A stretch of 64,000 bases of DNA from the NCBI GenBank assembly GCA_965214935.1, contig CBDCCS010000014.1, positions 32,001-96,000 of the forward strand, given 5' to 3'. The notes under the pieces are model-generated. The model saw nothing but the letters and a program-made list of their open reading frames with translations, did not search any database and had not been told where the DNA came from. This DNA is from Candidatus Velthaea sp. Lineage in GTDB: Bacteria > Vulcanimicrobiota > Vulcanimicrobiia > Vulcanimicrobiales > Vulcanimicrobiaceae. Shown here piece after piece: positions 20,531-29,568 of this stretch (positions within the stretch are counted from its first letter, which is position 1; each line of letters opens with the position of its first letter). The position numbers were made by a program, and so were the translations under genes.

Positions 20531-20573
20531 ACCAAACAATCGCGCTGTTACGGCGGATGAATCCTCCCGTCGC

Positions 20574-21467
20574 TTGCGTAACACGCGTCTCGTGCTGGCT
20601 CACGCCAAGATCAATTTGACGCTCGAAATTTTAGCGCGCCGGGAAGACGGTTATCATGCCTTGCGCAGCGTCATGCTGCCGATCGCGATCGCCGACGAAC
20701 TTGCGTTTAGGCCGGCCGCCCGCTTCGGCTTCAGCTGCGATCCGGCCGAGCTCGAGCCGGGCAATCTGGTCGTGCGAGCCTTTCAACGAATCGGCTTGGC
20801 TGAATGTGCCGTGCACGTTACGCTCGACAAGCGGATCCCCGTCGGCGCCGGGCTGGGCGGTGGTTCGAGCGATGCCGGCGCGGTGTTGCGCGCCGCGCAA
20901 AGCGGTGTCTTCGGTCCGCCGGCGCCACGCGATTGGCTCGCCGATGCGCGCGCCCTGGGGTCGGACGTGCCGTTCTTCCTCGTTGACGGCGGTGCGCTCG
21001 TCGAAGGCACCGGCGAACGCGTGACGGCGCTCGGTGAATTGCCGCCGTGGTGGCTCGTCGTGCTCGTACCGCCGGTCCATGTCGCGACGCCCGACGCGTT
21101 CGGACGCCTTGCGCTCGAGCGCGCGCGCTCGCCGGTCGCTGCGCGACCGCGCAACGAATCGGCAAGTTTGCACGCGCTGAGCGCCGTGCAACGTGCCGAC
21201 TATGCTGCTGCAATCGCTGCCGCCACAAATGACTTTGAGCCGATCGTTCGCACCGCATACCCGGCGGTCGGCGCGGCCCTCAACGCCCTACAGGCGGCAG
21301 CTGCCGAACATGCGATGCTCTCGGGGTCCGGCGGCGCCTGCTTCAGTCTGTGCCGGACGGAAAGCGCGGCGCGCGACTTGGCCATGCGCATTCGTTTGCC
21401 GCCGCAAACGGCGCTGCACGTGGTGCCGTTCGCGCCGACGCCGGCTTGGCGTCGCGTGTCACCGTAA
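20574..21467 (+). CDS. ispE: 4-diphosphocytidyl-2C-methyl-D-erythritol kinase
   Basis: AKINLTL, DGYH, KRIPVGAGLGGGSSDA, LGSDVPFF, NDFE, LSGSG. Confidence 0.95.
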   Translation: MRNTRLVLAHAKINLTLEILARREDGYHALRSVMLPIAIADELAFRPAARFGFSCDPAELEPGNLVVRAFQRIGLAECAVHVTLDKRIPVGAGLGGGSSDAGAVLRAAQSGVFGPPAPRDWLADARALGSDVPFFLVDGGALVEGTGERVTALGELPPWWLVVLVPPVHVATPDAFGRLALERARSPVAARPRNESASLHALSAVQRADYAAAIAAATNDFEPIVRTAYPAVGAALNALQAAAAEHAMLSGSGGACFSLCRTESAARDLAMRIRLPPQTALHVVPFAPTPAWRRVSP

Positions 21468-22217
21468 TTGCACGCGATCGTTTTAGCCGGCGGCGCTCCG
21501 GATGCAGTCGCGGCCCTGGCTCCGGGAGCCGTCAATAAGGCGTTCGTTCCGATCGCCGGAGTAACGCTGGTCGAACGGACGCTACGCGCTCTGCGCGACG
21601 TTCCGCGCATCGAGCGCATTATCGCCGTTGCGCCGCCGGCGGCGCACGCCGACCCGGCGCTGCGCTTCGCGGACGAGCGACGTGCCGATGGACCGCGAAT
21701 GCTCGACAGCCTGCAAAATGGACTCGCCGGGCTCGATCCCGACGCACTCGTGCTCGTCTGCGCCTCGGATCTGCCCGTGCTGACCTGCGCGGCCATTGAC
21801 GAGGTGCTCGATGCGCTGCTGCTGCGCGACCTCGACGTTGCCTATACGTGTCTGGAGCGCGCGGTTCACGACGCGCGGTATCCGCAAATTCCGCACACCT
21901 GGGCGCGCCTGCGCGACGGCACGTTTTGCGGCGGCGGCATCAGTGCGCTCAAGCCGCGCGCGCTCGCAAGATTGGGTGCAGTCCTCGACACACTCGGCGC
22001 CGCGCGTAAAGCGCCGCTCCGGCTCGCCGGTGTGCTCGGCATCGATGTTCTCGTGCGCTTTGCACTCGGCCGCTTATCGGTTGCCGACGCCGAAGCGCGA
22101 GCAACGCTGATACTCGGGGCGCGGGCCGGCGCAATTCGTTCGACGCATGCAGAGATCGCCGTGAACGTCGACCGGCCGCGCGATGTCGCGCTGGCGACGG
22201 CGCTCTTCGCACGCTAG
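21468..22217 (+). CDS. MobA-like NTP transferase family protein
   Basis: AIVLAGG, NKAF, ASDLP, NVDRP. Confidence 0.8.
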   Translation: MHAIVLAGGAPDAVAALAPGAVNKAFVPIAGVTLVERTLRALRDVPRIERIIAVAPPAAHADPALRFADERRADGPRMLDSLQNGLAGLDPDALVLVCASDLPVLTCAAIDEVLDALLLRDLDVAYTCLERAVHDARYPQIPHTWARLRDGTFCGGGISALKPRALARLGAVLDTLGAARKAPLRLAGVLGIDVLVRFALGRLSVADAEARATLILGARAGAIRSTHAEIAVNVDRPRDVALATALFAR

Positions 22218-22777
22218 CCGCCGCTCCAGCGCGCGAAAAGCGCATTGGAAATGCCGAACTGATCGAGCGCTTTGCCGACGGTGTGATTGACGATGTCTTC
22301 AACCGAACGCGGCCGGGCATACATGCCCGGAATCGGCGGCAAAATGACAGCGCCCATTTCGGCAAGTTGCGTCAAGGTTCGTAAGTGTCCGATGTGCAGC
22401 GGCGTCTCCCGCACGATCATCACCAGCTTGCGGCGCTCTTTGAGACAAACATCGGCGGCGCGCACGAGCAAATTACCGTTGAGCGAATGTGCAACCGCCG
22501 ATGCCGTCTTCATCGAACATGGGATGACGAGCATTCCGTCGGTGAGGAACGAACCGCTCGATATCGTTGCCGCTAAATTGTCGTCGGCATGGACGACATC
22601 GGCAAGCTGCTCGAGATCGGTCGCGGTGTAGTCGGTTTCAAGGACGATCGTTTGACGCGCTTGCTGCGAAATGACGAGGTGAACTTCAATATCGCCGGCG
22701 GCACGAAGCGCACGCAAAGCGAAATAGGCGTAAAGACTTCCGCTCGCACCCGATACGCCGACGATCAGCTTTCGCAC
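22214..22777 (-). CDS. ubiX: Flavin prenyltransferase
   Basis: GVSGASG, ISSGSF, PCSMKT, RAADVCLKERR, RETPL. Confidence 0.95.
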   Translation of the reverse strand: MRKLIVGVSGASGSLYAYFALRALRAAGDIEVHLVISQQARQTIVLETDYTATDLEQLADVVHADDNLAATISSGSFLTDGMLVIPCSMKTASAVAHSLNGNLLVRAADVCLKERRKLVMIVRETPLHIGHLRTLTQLAEMGAVILPPIPGMYARPRSVEDIVNHTVGKALDQFGISNALFARWSGG

Positions 22778-22851
22778 ACCTAACGGACTTCAACGGTCGC
22801 ACGGCGGTTCCGGCCGCGGGTTTACGCTGCGCCAAAGCGAATCAACCCGGC

Positions 22852-24774
22852 GTGATCCCGATCCTCGTCGACGAACGGCGAATCGCTGCCGGACTCGACT
22901 CTGCACTTGGGGCTTTTTTGCACCAAGGCGCATGCGAGATTGTGACGCCGGCCGGATTGCTCGAACGTTTGACGGGTGTCCGTGTCGTCGGCGATGCGGA
23001 ACGGCGCGCGATCGTACGGCGTATTGCCGCAACGCGCGACGATACGGGGTTGGCGCCGCACATATGCGCGAGTACGTCGTTCGCATCGCGCGTCGCAGCA
23101 GCGATCGACGGTAGCGCGGTTCGTACGCCGTTCGAGACGATCGTCGAACATTATCGGACGCTGCTCGCATTTGCCAATGTCCTCGACGTGCCCGATGCAC
23201 TGCATCGCGCATTGGCCGGCGAACGGCGGGCGATCGATCTGCCGGCATTGCGCGTCGACAGCATCTTGCTCGGTGAGGACGAGCGCGCGTTCGCATGGCG
23301 CCGGTTATGCGCAGCTGCCGGCATCAGCATCGAACCGCTCGTCCTCGGCGTCCCGGATGCACCGCTTATCGACCTATCGATCGTCGCGGGCGTTGCGGCG
23401 ATCTTGCACTTTGCAGCAACGGAAAGCGACCGCGCTGCGCGCGCGGCGATCGTCAGCCGGATTGCCGGCGTCGGTATCGATGATGCTCGTGCACTGCTGA
23501 CGGCAAGCCTCGACCGGCAGCCGCTGCTCGACATCATCGATGCTGCGAAGATTGCGCTCGGACCGCACGCGCGTCAAGCGACTACGGCATTTGCGCGCGG
23601 ACTGCGCGCCGTTACGCGCGCGTACTGTGCGCCCGATGCCGGTGCGGCAACCGTACTCGCGGAAATCGGCGCGAACTTCGCACTCGATCACGATCCGACC
23701 GTTGCGGCGCTCATCGCTGTCGCGCGCAATTTCGACCGCGCTCGCACCCTGGGTCCGCATTGGGATGCAGCAGATCTCATCGCGGAGTTCAGCGCCGAGT
23801 TTGCCGGCAGCCGGCGACCGCCGGCGCCCGCGTTTACACCGCAGCCGCGGCCGGTGCCGGACGCCGAACAGCCACGGCCGGTGCCGATTCGGCGTCTGCA
23901 TTTTAGTGCTTCGTCGCTTAATGCATACGCGCAATGTGCCCGCAAATGGTATTTCCGGTATGTCTGCGCGGCGGTCGAAGATCGCGGTTCGTCGGCCTCG
24001 TTCTACGGTACGGCTTTTCATGCAGCGCTCGAAGATTTTCACCTGAGGTACACGCGCATTTCCGAGACCGGCAGCGCCGAACTTGCAGCGGCGCTCGACG
24101 GCTGCATGGTGGCCGCATTCGACCGGTATCGCGGACGCTTTGATGCGCCGGTGGAGTTCGAGCTCCAGCGCCGGCGCGCGCGTCGCACGGCTAAACGGTA
24201 TTTGCGCTGGCTCATCGAGCGTGCGAGGACCGCACCCTTTACGGTTATCGGCTGTGAGGTCGTCACCGAACTCGAACTCGACGGTTACGAATTCGTCGGC
24301 TACATCGATCGGCTCGATCGCGATGACCGGACCGGCGCCGTTACCGTCATCGATTACAAAACCGGCAGCATCGCGTTGAGCGCCGCGGAATACCGCGACG
24401 AAGTGGCGACGTTCGCTGAGTTTCAACTGCCGTTTTATTACTGGGCGCGAACCGCTGCGGGCGACCGGGTTACGAAACTGGCGCTCGTCCCGCTTAAAGA
24501 TGCATTGCTCGACGTTGCCCCGATCGAGCTTGAGATCGTACCGGGCAACGCCGCAGCGGGCAGCGGCCGCCGCAGCGACAGTCCGCGCGGAACGATATCG
24601 GTCGGTGAACTCGAGCGCGCGCGCACGAAGATGATCGAACACGCGCAAACGTTGTCGAGCGCGACGCGTGCAGCTTTTCCGGCGACCGACGATCCCGACG
24701 CCTGCCGCTACTGTGCCTATCGTGACGGCTGTCGCGAGCGTCCGTTAGCCTTGCAAGAACGCTTCGGCCGATGA
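22852..24774 (+). CDS. AddB/AdnA-like protein with C-terminal PD-(D/E)XK nuclease and Fe-S cysteines
   Basis: FSASSLNAYAQC, GTAFH, GYIDRLD, IDYKTG, QL, CRYCxxxxxC. Confidence 0.8.
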   Translation: MIPILVDERRIAAGLDSALGAFLHQGACEIVTPAGLLERLTGVRVVGDAERRAIVRRIAATRDDTGLAPHICASTSFASRVAAAIDGSAVRTPFETIVEHYRTLLAFANVLDVPDALHRALAGERRAIDLPALRVDSILLGEDERAFAWRRLCAAAGISIEPLVLGVPDAPLIDLSIVAGVAAILHFAATESDRAARAAIVSRIAGVGIDDARALLTASLDRQPLLDIIDAAKIALGPHARQATTAFARGLRAVTRAYCAPDAGAATVLAEIGANFALDHDPTVAALIAVARNFDRARTLGPHWDAADLIAEFSAEFAGSRRPPAPAFTPQPRPVPDAEQPRPVPIRRLHFSASSLNAYAQCARKWYFRYVCAAVEDRGSSASFYGTAFHAALEDFHLRYTRISETGSAELAAALDGCMVAAFDRYRGRFDAPVEFELQRRRARRTAKRYLRWLIERARTAPFTVIGCEVVTELELDGYEFVGYIDRLDRDDRTGAVTVIDYKTGSIALSAAEYRDEVATFAEFQLPFYYWARTAAGDRVTKLALVPLKDALLDVAPIELEIVPGNAAAGSGRRSDSPRGTISVGELERARTKMIEHAQTLSSATRAAFPATDDPDACRYCAYRDGCRERPLALQERFGR

Positions 24775-27572
24775 ACACGCAGCCCGATGTCGGCGACGTC
24801 GATGCTCGGCGCGCGGTCGACGCTCCGGCCGATGCGCCGTTATTAGCCGTTACCGGGCGCGCCGCGAGCGGCAAGACCGAAACGCTCGCGCGGCGGTACG
24901 TTGCTGTGCTCGGACGCGACCCGACCATTACCGCGGGCGCGACCATCGTCAGCGCGGCGCGACCGGATGCAGCCGCGGCGCTCGCTGCGCGCATCGAACG
25001 CTTACTACCGGCCGCGCGCGTCGCGGAGTATAAGCGAGAGCATCGCTATATCGGCCACGGACTCGAACGGCTGGCATTCGATCTGCTCGCGGAACATGCG
25101 ACGCTCAGCGGCTTAGCCTACGATCTCGAAGCAATCGACTTATACGATGCGGAGGAAATTTTCGAGCGGGCGATCGCACCGCTTTTCTCCGCCGACTGGG
25201 GCGACTTCGTGGGACCGGATATCGATCCGGAGATACCGGGCCTGCGCGCGCCCGACCGTTTCGCCGTCGCCGTCTTGCGTTTGATCCGCAAATTGCGCGA
25301 TGCGCACATCGGACCTGATGCGTTTCTAAAAGCCGCCTTGCGCGGCGCAACGGATTTTTACGCCAATCCCCCAAACTTGTCGTCGCCCGCGTTACTTCTT
25401 GCAACCAAAGACGAGCACCACGCCGCACTTGCCGTCGACGGAGCGGAGCGCGAACGGCAGCGGCGCCGCGAGATCGATTTAGCAAAAATCATTGCAAAGT
25501 TATATACCGCCTATCTCGCTGAACTCGTCGCACACGGCTGCTTGACGCCGACCGATGCGATCGCGGAAGCGACGCGACTGCTCCAAGAACATCCGGCAAT
25601 CGCGCGGATGTGCCGGCGCCGCTTTCGTATTGCACTCATCGACGATGCGCACGATTTGCACCCCGGCGAGTTCCGGCTGCTCCAGGCAATCTTCGGCTCG
25701 ACGTTGCCGGGCGTGACGATCGCCGGCGATCCCGATGCGGCGACGCAAACGTTTGCCGGTGCGCGCCCCGAGCGCACGTTCGGCGCCGCCGCTACGACGC
25801 TGCGTTTGCAGGCTAATTATTGCGTACCGCCGCTGATCGGCGCCGCCGTGGCAGCATTGCTCGAACCGCAGGCCGGACCGTTGCCCAGCGGCGATGCGTT
25901 GCGGCTCTATCGCGCGCAAACGCAGGCCGGTGAAGCGGAATTCGTCGCGACGAGCATCGCGGCACGGATTGCCGGCGGCTCACCGGCCAGCCGTATCGCG
26001 GTGCTGCACCGTTCGCTACGCACGCTCGGCGCGTACGAAGAAGCACTCGTCGAGCGTAACATTCCGATCGCGCTGCTTGGTGACGCCGGATTGTTTGCGC
26101 GGCATGATACGCTCGATGCTTTGGCGCTGCTGTGGTCGACGGTCGATCCATTCCACCATGCGTGGTTGTTGCGTACGTTGCAGTCCCCGCTGCTCGGCTT
26201 TGCCGATGCAAGCATCGCAATCGTTTGCGCTGAACCGACGAGCGCGCAACCGCTATTATTCGATCTTCCGGCGCAGGCAGAGAGCGAGGGCGGCCGGCGT
26301 TGGGACCGGCGCCGCGATTTACGGCTGGGAACCAACGTCGTGCGCGGAGATCGCGATATCGACTTGCCGTCCGACACGCGCGAACGTCTGATCGCGTTCC
26401 GCGCGCAACGGTTGCGCTGGCAAGAGGTCGCGCAACGCAGCGGCGCAGCAGATGCCGCCCGTGCAATCTTGCAGGACGCCGGTCTCTTCGCCGTCCGTCC
26501 GGCGGAGACGGCGGCGCGCACGCGCCGCCGCGTTAAGATCGTGAACGGACTGCTCGACGTCATCGGCCGCTACGAGTTCCGGCATCCGGGCGACGGCCTG
26601 GCGGGCGCACTGGCATATTGTGAGAGAATTGCGCGGAGCGATGATGGTCCGCGGCTAACGGCTTCCGCCGATGACGGCGTCGTCGTCGCGGAGATCGATG
26701 AAGTCAAAGGCCGGCGCTTCGATCATGTCTTCATCGTCGACGTGCGGGCCGGATCGTTTCCGCCGTATTACGTGCCTGACGCGTTCTTGTTCAGCGCCGT
26801 CTACGGGATGATCCCCAAAGACAGCGTCGGCGATGCAGTTACATCGCGCACTGCCAAATTTACTTGGTATTTGCACACGGCAAAATTGCGCGAAACGTAC
26901 GCGCGTGAAGACCGGCGCGCGTTAGCCGTCGCACTGGCACGCGCCGACCGAAGTGCGACCGTGAGCGCCTCCGGCCGTGCAACACGCGGCGTCGCGGCAC
27001 CCGAATTACTCGTCGAGCTGGCCGCTCTCGGACCGGCTCTCGTTGCGGCCGGACCGCTTTGCGCAGAGAGCGACGCACCAACGGCGGCGGCAACGTATAC
27101 GCCGGAGACACCGGCGCAAACCGCGTCCGGACCGGCGCCGGCGGTCGCCGCCGAGCGGCTTGCCGATATGCTGCAATGCGTGCGGTGTGCGCCGCGCGGT
27201 ATGGTCCGGCGCGCGTTCAACGCGACGTTCACGTTACTTTCCGGCCGCCTTAGCGGAACGGATCGGCGGATTGAGGCGCGCGATATTCACTTTGGTTTTT
27301 CGCTCGGACAAGCCACGGTGTTTGGTGCCGTTCCGGCGATCGTCGGCCATGCCGGGCGCTCGTATATCACGGTGGCCGAAGCTGACGATGCACTCGCCGC
27401 GCTCGCTATTTACGGCTTACGCGAGCGCGTTGCAGCCGACGCGTACTTCGTTGAAAGCGCCGACGTCGTTAGCGGTCCTCACCCAGTCGACGTCGAGCCG
27501 TTCGTCGCGCAGGCGCGCGCGGTCATCGACGGCAGGGCGCAGCCGCTCTGTGCCGAGCACCGCTTGTCGTAA
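24771..27572 (+). CDS. UvrD/AddA-like SF1 helicase, divergent
   Basis: Walker A GRAASGKT; IDDAHD; AGDPD; KGRRFDHVF; EDRRALAVALARA; ATGA-coupled to the nuclease gene. Confidence 0.78.
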   Translation: MNTQPDVGDVDARRAVDAPADAPLLAVTGRAASGKTETLARRYVAVLGRDPTITAGATIVSAARPDAAAALAARIERLLPAARVAEYKREHRYIGHGLERLAFDLLAEHATLSGLAYDLEAIDLYDAEEIFERAIAPLFSADWGDFVGPDIDPEIPGLRAPDRFAVAVLRLIRKLRDAHIGPDAFLKAALRGATDFYANPPNLSSPALLLATKDEHHAALAVDGAERERQRRREIDLAKIIAKLYTAYLAELVAHGCLTPTDAIAEATRLLQEHPAIARMCRRRFRIALIDDAHDLHPGEFRLLQAIFGSTLPGVTIAGDPDAATQTFAGARPERTFGAAATTLRLQANYCVPPLIGAAVAALLEPQAGPLPSGDALRLYRAQTQAGEAEFVATSIAARIAGGSPASRIAVLHRSLRTLGAYEEALVERNIPIALLGDAGLFARHDTLDALALLWSTVDPFHHAWLLRTLQSPLLGFADASIAIVCAEPTSAQPLLFDLPAQAESEGGRRWDRRRDLRLGTNVVRGDRDIDLPSDTRERLIAFRAQRLRWQEVAQRSGAADAARAILQDAGLFAVRPAETAARTRRRVKIVNGLLDVIGRYEFRHPGDGLAGALAYCERIARSDDGPRLTASADDGVVVAEIDEVKGRRFDHVFIVDVRAGSFPPYYVPDAFLFSAVYGMIPKDSVGDAVTSRTAKFTWYLHTAKLRETYAREDRRALAVALARADRSATVSASGRATRGVAAPELLVELAALGPALVAAGPLCAESDAPTAAATYTPETPAQTASGPAPAVAAERLADMLQCVRCAPRGMVRRAFNATFTLLSGRLSGTDRRIEARDIHFGFSLGQATVFGAVPAIVGHAGRSYITVAEADDALAALAIYGLRERVAADAYFVESADVVSGPHPVDVEPFVAQARAVIDGRAQPLCAEHRLS

Positions 27573-27715
27573 TTGTGAAACTCGGCGAATTCCGGCTGCA
27601 CTGTTGCTATGTTAAGCAAGCTTTGCAATACTGCACGGGCCGACACTCTGCACAACGCATATAGTATTTCGTTGTAGCGAGGCGCACCGAATTTACGGCT
27701 GCAGGCCGTACGCAG

Positions 27716-27724
27716 TAAGGAGGT
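27716..27724 (+). promoter_or_regulatory. Perfect Shine-Dalgarno of small ORF
   Basis: TAAGGAGGT, 6 nt upstream of ATG 27731. Confidence 0.85.
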
Positions 27725-27730
27725 ACACCG

Positions 27731-27799
27731 ATGCTCGAATCGATCGTTACGACGATTATTACCATCATTACGAACATTCTGTCCGGCGGCCCGTCTTAA
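27731..27799 (+). CDS. 22-aa amphipathic peptide MLESIVTTIITIITNILSGGPS (below ORF-track cutoff)
   Basis: ATG...TAA translated by hand; perfect SD; hydrophobic residues at 1,2,5,6,9,10,12,13,16,17 (helical periodicity). Confidence 0.75.
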   Translation: MLESIVTTIITIITNILSGGPS

Positions 27800-27887
27800 A
27801 TGCTATCGGCTGGCGGACGGCGTTTCTTGAGCCGTTCAAATTCTCGGGCGAAAAAGTAAAGGTTTCTCGGCTCGCGTAGAAAGGCAG

Positions 27888-29456
27888 TTGCCAATGGAGA
27901 TGGCAGCAAAGCCGGTTCCGTCAACAAAACGAGCGACCGTGTCGGCGGCGAAGCTCGCTTACTTCGAAGGCGATTTCGAGCGCTGTCTTCAAATCTGCAG
28001 CGAAATCCGCGTTCGCCCGGTCGCGACGGCCTCCGAAGTTGCGCTGTTGAGTGCGCGCGCGTATTTGCGCACCGGGCGTGCCGCCGAAGCGCAAGCGGCC
28101 ATCACCGAGACGCTCGCCACGCATGCATCGCTCGATGCTGCATTGACGGCGCAGATGCTGCTCGGCACGGCACGTATCCGTCAAGGCGATCCCGACGGCG
28201 GGATCGCGTTGCTGGAAGCGGCCGCCGCGCGGGCCGTCGATGCGCACTTTGCCGTCCGGTCCGAAATCGCATTTTCGACCGCGCTCGGATTCTGGGCGAA
28301 ACGCGACATCGACCGAGCTGAAAGCTTCTTAACCAGAGTCGACCGGCGCTCGGACATCATTCATGCGCGCGCATTGGAACTAACTGCCTGGTGTCAAATG
28401 GCGCGCGGACACTACCGGCGCTGCGCGGATTATTTCGTGCTGACCTTGTTACGACTTGATAGCTGTCGCGCTCACGATCGGGCGATCGTTGCAACCGCGA
28501 TCAGCACGCTCTCGATCTTAGCGGCCGAATTGTTCGACCGCGAGATTGCACGCGTCGCCCAGCATCGCGCACGGACGATGGAGTGGACGTCGGGGCTGGG
28601 CATGCAACACTACTTGACGCTGTTGCATCAAGCGCTGTTCTGCGAAATCGACGGTGACACGACACTGGCTTACGAGTATGCGATGCAAGCACGGGCGATT
28701 GCACCAACCGTCCCGTTCGAGGCATTCGCTTGGAGCGTTAGCGCCGGCATTGCGCGCAACTCCGGCGAACGTTATGTTTCGACGGCGTACGCACGGCGAG
28801 CAATGCAGATTCTTGCAACCCTCGAGCTGCGCGAGCTTTCCGGTGAAGAGCGTTTTTCGATCTTGGCCGTGGCGGAAAGCTGCGCGAATTTCGATGACGA
28901 ACATGCAAACCGGCTACTCGCTGCTTATTGGGGACTTGCGCCGGCGGATAAAATGGTGGCGCTAATCGGTGATCGGCGGCTTGCGGCTGAGGAATCGCTT
29001 GTTGCCGCAACGGTCGCGGAGGCGCATGGTGATCTCGCCGATGCTCGCTGCTGTTATCGTCGTGCCTTCGAGATTTTCAAGCAAGTCGGCTACGTGCGGC
29101 GCGCACTCATGGCAGCCGTAGCGCTCGTGAAACTCAATGTGCCCGAGAGCGAAGATTTGCGCGCGTATATCCGACTTGAATCAGGCTCGACGGCAAATTT
29201 CATCACCCGGTATCTGGCCGTTGCCGCGGTCGATCAGCCGCTCGGTGCAGCGGAGCACCCGATCGTTGCAACGTTACCGCCCGCCCAACGTGAGGTCGTG
29301 CGGCTTATCTGTCAGGGTAAAAGTAATCGTGAAATTGCGCTACTGCGGCGCGTCGGCGAGCAGACGATCAAAAATATGTTGACCAAACACGTTTTCCGGG
29401 CGTTCGGCGTTTCGAGTCGCGCCGCGCTCGTCAGCACGTGTTTGCGGCGCGCTTAG
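27888..29456 (+). CDS. Helical-repeat (TPR-like) regulator with C-terminal LuxR HTH
   Basis: C-terminal LPPAQREVVRLICQGKSNREIA...EQTIKN...FGVSSRAALV; Ala/Leu-rich helical N-terminal region without receiver or Walker motifs; start may be ATG 27894/27900. Confidence 0.85.
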   Translation: MPMEMAAKPVPSTKRATVSAAKLAYFEGDFERCLQICSEIRVRPVATASEVALLSARAYLRTGRAAEAQAAITETLATHASLDAALTAQMLLGTARIRQGDPDGGIALLEAAAARAVDAHFAVRSEIAFSTALGFWAKRDIDRAESFLTRVDRRSDIIHARALELTAWCQMARGHYRRCADYFVLTLLRLDSCRAHDRAIVATAISTLSILAAELFDREIARVAQHRARTMEWTSGLGMQHYLTLLHQALFCEIDGDTTLAYEYAMQARAIAPTVPFEAFAWSVSAGIARNSGERYVSTAYARRAMQILATLELRELSGEERFSILAVAESCANFDDEHANRLLAAYWGLAPADKMVALIGDRRLAAEESLVAATVAEAHGDLADARCCYRRAFEIFKQVGYVRRALMAAVALVKLNVPESEDLRAYIRLESGSTANFITRYLAVAAVDQPLGAAEHPIVATLPPAQREVVRLICQGKSNREIALLRRVGEQTIKNMLTKHVFRAFGVSSRAALVSTCLRRA

Positions 29457-29568
29457 CCCCGGCCGGTACGAACCGCAGCTCCGCTCGGTTAAGTCCGCCC
29501 GGCGAAGAATTCACCTAAGCCTCATCTCGCGCGGCACTCGCCGCCGGCCGATCTACGTTTCCAGCGGT

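Noticed and set aside
23890..24774. Cas4-like Fe-S nuclease suggesting CRISPR or defence
   Set aside because: Fused to an AddB-like body and coupled to a UvrD-like gene; no repeats or cas genes seen in the window
27731..27799. Peptide as a double-glycine RiPP/bacteriocin precursor (SGG-PS)
   Set aside because: Core would be only 2 aa; no peptidase-ABC transporter or modifying enzymes nearby
27800..27859. Second tiny ORF MLSAGGRRFLSRSNSRAKK directly after the peptide stop (TAA-ATG)
   Set aside because: No SD of its own and it overlaps a hairpin (GGACGGC/GCCGTTC); more likely untranslated, though coupling cannot be excluded
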